10,519 bases of DNA from Candidatus Heimdallarchaeota archaeon (GTDB lineage Archaea; Asgardarchaeota; Heimdallarchaeia; Heimdallarchaeales; Heimdallarchaeaceae), in NCBI GenBank assembly GCA_030668825.1, contig DAOVET010000090.1:1-10519 (forward strand), written 5' to 3'. The translations under genes were made by a program, and so were the position numbers. The stretch's first letter is position 1. Each line of letters opens with the position of its first letter. Below are positions 5,945 through 10,519 of the stretch, piece by piece. The notes beneath the pieces were generated by a model, which worked only from the letters and a program-made list of their open reading frames with translations, searched no databases and was not told the origin of the DNA.

Positions 5945-8900
5945 ATGATCAGCAATATGGTAAAAGGATCAAGATACTCCCGTGCTCGAGCTATTTCTGA
6001 CAGAAGTGTTGTCGAATTTAAGATTCTGAATCAGAAACCTCTCGTCACTTATTGTTTAATTCAAGGAAGTGCTCCTGAGCCATACATAGTTTTTATTGAC
6101 TTGAAGAAGAATGTTGTAGGTCATTATTGTCCCGATTTTGCTAAAGGGAGAGGATGGTGTAAACATCTTGGAAAATTACTCCTTATGTTAGATGAAAAAC
6201 ATGTCAAAGCTATTAACGATAATTTCAGAAATTTTACTATAATTAATATACAAAGCAATGTCAACAATCAAATCGACAAATATAAACAACATTTACTCAA
6301 AACAAACGGTGCTGATGAAGATATTACTCTGGAAAAACAACTAAAAATTCTTGACAATATGATGATGCAGAACCAGAAAATAGACGACATCATCCCTGCT
6401 ATCCTTTCTTCCATCAAGAAGGAGTTTTCGAAGATTGCTGATAATCTTATCCTTTTTAGATTAAATCTTTTGATTTCAGGAATTCCGAGTACATCACGAA
6501 AACTCACTTTCGAAAAAATACAAAAGCCATTATTAAGAGCTTTTTCTAAAGCAACAGCTTATTTCACAAAAAACTTCTGGATACAATCAACACCAAAGAG
6601 ACTAGAACAAGCATATATGATTAACGATGTTTCTTATGCTTTAACAAAACCATTTTCGATTAGCAAAATAACCTTTCCTGATAATATAGTTGAACAGGAA
6701 AAAATCGATGCATCCTTAATTTTGAAAGTATTATTTCGAGATGATCAAAAAGCGTATTTTGATGCTGCTAAGAAACTGGGTTTAGATTTTACCAATGAAG
6801 TTTTAGGTAAAAGAGCTGAACGAATTCTCTCTTCAATAAAAATATCCTCAACTGTTGTACCTCAATTAGAATCATGGTTGCAAACACAAGTGATAAGGAA
6901 ATATTCTTCTTTAACTCGTTATCGAAATTATGATGATTTTCTCATTTATCTGATGAAAACAGCTGGAGAAACAGTTAATTACCATCTTAAATCTGGAAAT
7001 AGAAGTGGTGGGATGACTTCTTTTCCTGTAACCCTTTTAGAAGAAAATCCTTGTTTAAACTTCATAATTGAACATATTAAGGAAAGTGAACGAGAATATC
7101 TTTTAAGTAGAGAAATACAAAATTCAAGTAAATTCTTCGATTGGTTAGCTGGTAAGAAAGTTGATTCTGTTTATGTTGAAAAACCTCGTTCTCGAGCATT
7201 GGAATCTTCTCTCAAGAAAAATGGTATTATTATTCAATGGGATATCAGCTTAAATAGAAAATTCAGAGAGCAGTTTCAAGCGTATCAAGGATCCCAGAGA
7301 TTTATCATAGATCCAACATCCCCAATTAATTCTATAATTCAACCTTTTGATTATACGCTCTGTATCCCACAGATGAAAAAACAGAGTAATGGCACAAAGA
7401 CTACCTATCCACAACAAATCTTGCTTCCTGATCAGGTAATTAAGCTTGTACTACAAGGAGTTCCTATTATTTCGAATGTACTTCGTTGGGAGGTTATCTC
7501 AAAATTCGTTAATGAAGGATACTTGTCAGGTGGGGATGTTTTAGCTTCTATAGCTCATTCTGAAAAAATGAACTTTATCTATGGTAGTTTTGAGCTAGTA
7601 AAAGCTCTTGAGGAAATTGTAATTCTGGGAAAAGCAGGTTTAACTGACAATCAATTTTTAGATTATCAGAAGAAACTTAAAAAAGAATCTTCGAGAGTAA
7701 ATGTTGCAGTACGTGATATTTGCAGAGAATTTGTTCAATCTGAAGGCAAACAACTACAAGCAGTTTTAGACCTGCTAAAACTAGATGAAAACGAAAAACT
7801 AAGATTAGTAGTTAATGGTATAAGAAACACAAACTCTATAGCTGTTTTCCGTAAGTATATTGTAAGATCAATAACTAAAAGCTACTTCAATGGAACTAGT
7901 CTTGAAAAAACATTTTTTAATCAAATAGAAACTCTCCATCACAGTCATTATTATACTGCGATGGATGTTGTTTCTGATCAGCTTTCTGTATATTATATTA
8001 ATATGGAAAATGTCCTTCTAGGAAAAATTCCAACTAGGAAACAAGTGTATGAGAATCCACTAGGGAAGATACTGATTGAGAAATTAAATTTCCAAAAAGT
8101 AGGCGATTTTACTGATACAGAGAAATTTGAAATATACTTAAATCTAATTAAAATCCGTTCTTATTTCGTTGTAGAAGAAGAAAAGAAATCAGATCCCAAG
8201 ACACAGAAACAGCTTCTTACTGATCTCATTTATCAGAGCTCTGAAGGAGAGTTTAGAGAAAGAATTCGGATAATTACTCAAATTTGCCTCTTTAATAACA
8301 ACAGGTCTTTAGATTTTCTAAGAGATTTACTAGCTGATAAAGATGAGAAAATTCGTGATATAGCATTTATTGCTTTACAATTCAGAAATGACAAAGAACT
8401 GAAGAATCATCTTAAGGAATTATTAGAACATCAACAAGAACCAGTTAGAGAGAGCTCAATAACTAATATGCTGAAACTGAGAGAATCAAAAGTATTTGAT
8501 TATGTCCTTAATGCAATGAAAAATGAATCAACTATGGTGAGAAGAATAGCTCTCAGATCTCTCGTTCAGTCGAAATTTAATCAAGAGAAAAAATTAGTCG
8601 GATCTGATGATGATAAAATATACAATTGCTTCATTTCTTGTCTGGAAGATCAAGATGAAAACATCAAAAATACAGCTATTGATAACATTATACGCGAACC
8701 TTTTGAGATTATAAAAGATATTCTCTTTAAGGCACTGGATAATGATTCCCAGCATGTTAGAAAAGTCGCAAGCGAGCAGCTTAATGAAAAAGGAGATAGT
8801 AAGTTAATAAAAAATACTCTGATGAAAGCTAAAGATGATATCGATACTGGAATCAGATCTTTTGCTTTAAAAAATATAGCTGTAAGAAAATATACTGAGG

Positions 8901-10519
8901 CTCCAAAGCTGATAGAAACTGCTGTTCTAGAGAAAAATACTGAGTTCATAAAGGATCTCATTGGATATCTTCTTATTCATGATATTCCAAAACAAAATTT
9001 GACATCTAAAACTATCCAGAAAATTATTGAATATCATGTAGCAAATAACTTAGAATTCAACAAAGCAGTCACAGAAACCTTGAAGGATTATGGAGATGAT
9101 ATTGTCCCTTTTTTAATTGAAGCTCTAAATAACAAGGGTTACACGAACAAGGGTTCTGTTGTAAGATTTCTCGAATTTCTAAATACTAAGAAAGCAGTAG
9201 AACAGATAATTAAACTTAAAGATCACGATAATCATAAACTTCGAATTTTTAATTTAGATTATATTCAAAGAAACAGAATACAGGATGATATCAAAGAGAT
9301 TGTTGAAAATGCTCTTAATGATAAGAATCCAGAAGTTGCTTTCAAAGCTGTTCAAGTATATTTAGTTGGAAACATCACAATTAAGAACTATTCAAAGGAT
9401 TTTGTCAAAGCGGCACTACGAACTTATGCTGAAAGAAATATGAGTTTCGCAGGAATTATTTTTGAAACACTTAGTAAACTAGGTGACCAAGTAATTGATA
9501 ATATTGATATAATCTTAAATTCCAACTCTATTAATACTAAACTTACTTCAATCAAACTTTTAGTAGAGATTGGTTCTAAAGATGCAATTAATAAGATTAT
9601 AGAATTACTTAATCATGATGATGAGGTCGTAAAACGAGAAGCTTATGACTACATTATCTGGATTGACCATCCTGAAGCAAGGAGTATAATCAATAAAGCA
9701 TTGAAAGAAAAAGATCAGACGATAAGGAGGATGGCTATACAAAAATTTCTCAAAGGGAAAATAGCTAAAGCAAATATCACTGATAACCTGATTAAGGCAT
9801 TAGTAACTACTCCAATAACAGGAGAGGAGTATACAAAAACTGTCACTCTCACACTCTTAAAAGTACATGATAAGGCGCTTCCTATTATCGAATCTGCATT
9901 CAAAACACAACCACTCGAAACTAAACGGTTTCTTACTGGAATACTTGCTCAATATGATACCAAAGAATCTAAAAACCTTATATCCAAACTCTTCAAAGAT
10001 AAAGATCAAGAGATAAGGCTATATTCTATGAATTTTACAAGAGCGAATAACAAAACCAAATTGAAAGAAGTTTTAGATAAGGCTGTAGAAGACAAAGATC
10101 CCAAAATCAGAGATGTTGCTCTTAGAAGTTTAACTGATAACATCCCTGTATTAAGTTATAGTGACAAACTTATCCGTTTATTAGTTCAAAACTTTTTACA
10201 GAAAAATGATCTCCCAGCTTCTAGAGCACAAGCTGCTTTGAGGAAAATTGGTAAAAAAACTATTCCATTCTTATTAGAAGGTTTAGCTAGTGATCACGCT
10301 TATGTTATAAGATATTCAGCAGAGATTCTAGGTGATTTAAAAGCAACAGAAGCTACAGACTTAATTGTACCCTTATTAACAAACTCAGAAGTACAGTTAC
10401 GACGAAGTGCTGCATATTCATTAAGAAAAATTAAGAATAAGAAAGCAGAAAAAATTATGATAGATTCATTGCATGATAACGACCTTTATGTCCGAAGAAG
10501 CTTGATTAAAGGGCTTGGA
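5945..10519 (+). CDS. Giant SWIM-like Zn-finger + HEAT-repeat protein (at least 1525 aa; 3' end runs off the window)
   Basis: Missing from the ORF track because there is no stop in the window. The frame was read manually and is open from ATG 5945 (1 nt after the vWA stop) to 10519. It begins MISNMVKGSRYSRARAI...PYIVFIDLKKNVVGHYCPDFAKGRGWCKHLGKLLL (H-x-C-x9-C-x-H, 6122-6166). HEAT/PBS-lyase-like repeats run from about 8250 (LRDLLADKDEKIRDIAFIAL, ALDNDSQHVRKVA, LLTNSEVQLRRSAAYSLRKI, SLHDNDLYVRRSLIKGLG). Confidence 0.93.
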   Translation, partial: MISNMVKGSRYSRARAISDRSVVEFKILNQKPLVTYCLIQGSAPEPYIVFIDLKKNVVGHYCPDFAKGRGWCKHLGKLLLMLDEKHVKAINDNFRNFTIINIQSNVNNQIDKYKQHLLKTNGADEDITLEKQLKILDNMMMQNQKIDDIIPAILSSIKKEFSKIADNLILFRLNLLISGIPSTSRKLTFEKIQKPLLRAFSKATAYFTKNFWIQSTPKRLEQAYMINDVSYALTKPFSISKITFPDNIVEQEKIDASLILKVLFRDDQKAYFDAAKKLGLDFTNEVLGKRAERILSSIKISSTVVPQLESWLQTQVIRKYSSLTRYRNYDDFLIYLMKTAGETVNYHLKSGNRSGGMTSFPVTLLEENPCLNFIIEHIKESEREYLLSREIQNSSKFFDWLAGKKVDSVYVEKPRSRALESSLKKNGIIIQWDISLNRKFREQFQAYQGSQRFIIDPTSPINSIIQPFDYTLCIPQMKKQSNGTKTTYPQQILLPDQVIKLVLQGVPIISNVLRWEVISKFVNEGYLSGGDVLASIAHSEKMNFIYGSFELVKALEEIVILGKAGLTDNQFLDYQKKLKKESSRVNVAVRDICREFVQSEGKQLQAVLDLLKLDENEKLRLVVNGIRNTNSIAVFRKYIVRSITKSYFNGTSLEKTFFNQIETLHHSHYYTAMDVVSDQLSVYYINMENVLLGKIPTRKQVYENPLGKILIEKLNFQKVGDFTDTEKFEIYLNLIKIRSYFVVEEEKKSDPKTQKQLLTDLIYQSSEGEFRERIRIITQICLFNNNRSLDFLRDLLADKDEKIRDIAFIALQFRNDKELKNHLKELLEHQQEPVRESSITNMLKLRESKVFDYVLNAMKNESTMVRRIALRSLVQSKFNQEKKLVGSDDDKIYNCFISCLEDQDENIKNTAIDNIIREPFEIIKDILFKALDNDSQHVRKVASEQLNEKGDSKLIKNTLMKAKDDIDTGIRSFALKNIAVRKYTEAPKLIETAVLEKNTEFIKDLIGYLLIHDIPKQNLTSKTIQKIIEYHVANNLEFNKAVTETLKDYGDDIVPFLIEALNNKGYTNKGSVVRFLEFLNTKKAVEQIIKLKDHDNHKLRIFNLDYIQRNRIQDDIKEIVENALNDKNPEVAFKAVQVYLVGNITIKNYSKDFVKAALRTYAERNMSFAGIIFETLSKLGDQVIDNIDIILNSNSINTKLTSIKLLVEIGSKDAINKIIELLNHDDEVVKREAYDYIIWIDHPEARSIINKALKEKDQTIRRMAIQKFLKGKIAKANITDNLIKALVTTPITGEEYTKTVTLTLLKVHDKALPIIESAFKTQPLETKRFLTGILAQYDTKESKNLISKLFKDKDQEIRLYSMNFTRANNKTKLKEVLDKAVEDKDPKIRDVALRSLTDNIPVLSYSDKLIRLLVQNFLQKNDLPASRAQAALRKIGKKTIPFLLEGLASDHAYVIRYSAEILGDLKATEATDLIVPLLTNSEVQLRRSAAYSLRKIKNKKAEKIMIDSLHDNDLYVRRSLIKGLG

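Noticed and set aside
9131-9155. 10-bp direct repeat AACAAGGGTT (9131-9140, 9146-9155)
   Set aside because: In-frame coding micro-repeat (NKGYTNKGS) with only two copies and no sign of an array.
6268-9903. Minus-strand ORFs 6268..6507, 8650..8961 and 9715..9903, and the apparent gene desert after 5943
   Set aside because: All lie opposite a single uninterrupted plus-strand frame (5945..>10519) that the track omitted because it has no stop in the window.

Overview
AT-rich window, probably archaeal (TTTAAATA boxes just upstream of three gene starts, GGTGA-type ribosome-binding motifs; Asgard/Heimdallarchaeia-like gene style, which is inference). It has two divergent blocks. Left (minus strand): two tandem paralogous N-terminally anchored right-handed beta-helix (NosD/PbH1-like) proteins (<1..797, truncated; 929..2092) duplicated together with about 100 bp of upstream promoter. 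Right (plus strand): a tightly coupled three-gene operon. It encodes a MoxR-family AAA+ ATPase with a non-canonical Walker B (NE instead of DE; 2381..3367), an 857-aa acidic vWA/MIDAS protein whose N-terminus resembles the ATPase's own lid domain (3370..5943), and a giant ORF absent from the supplied track (5945..>10519, at least 1525 aa). The giant protein has an N-terminal SWIM-like Zn finger, about 670 aa of unassigned sequence and a long HEAT solenoid built from 128-130-aa super-repeats. The MoxR-vWA-SWIM/HEAT operon is the best candidate for an undescribed system. No RNA genes, CRISPR arrays or mobile elements were seen.
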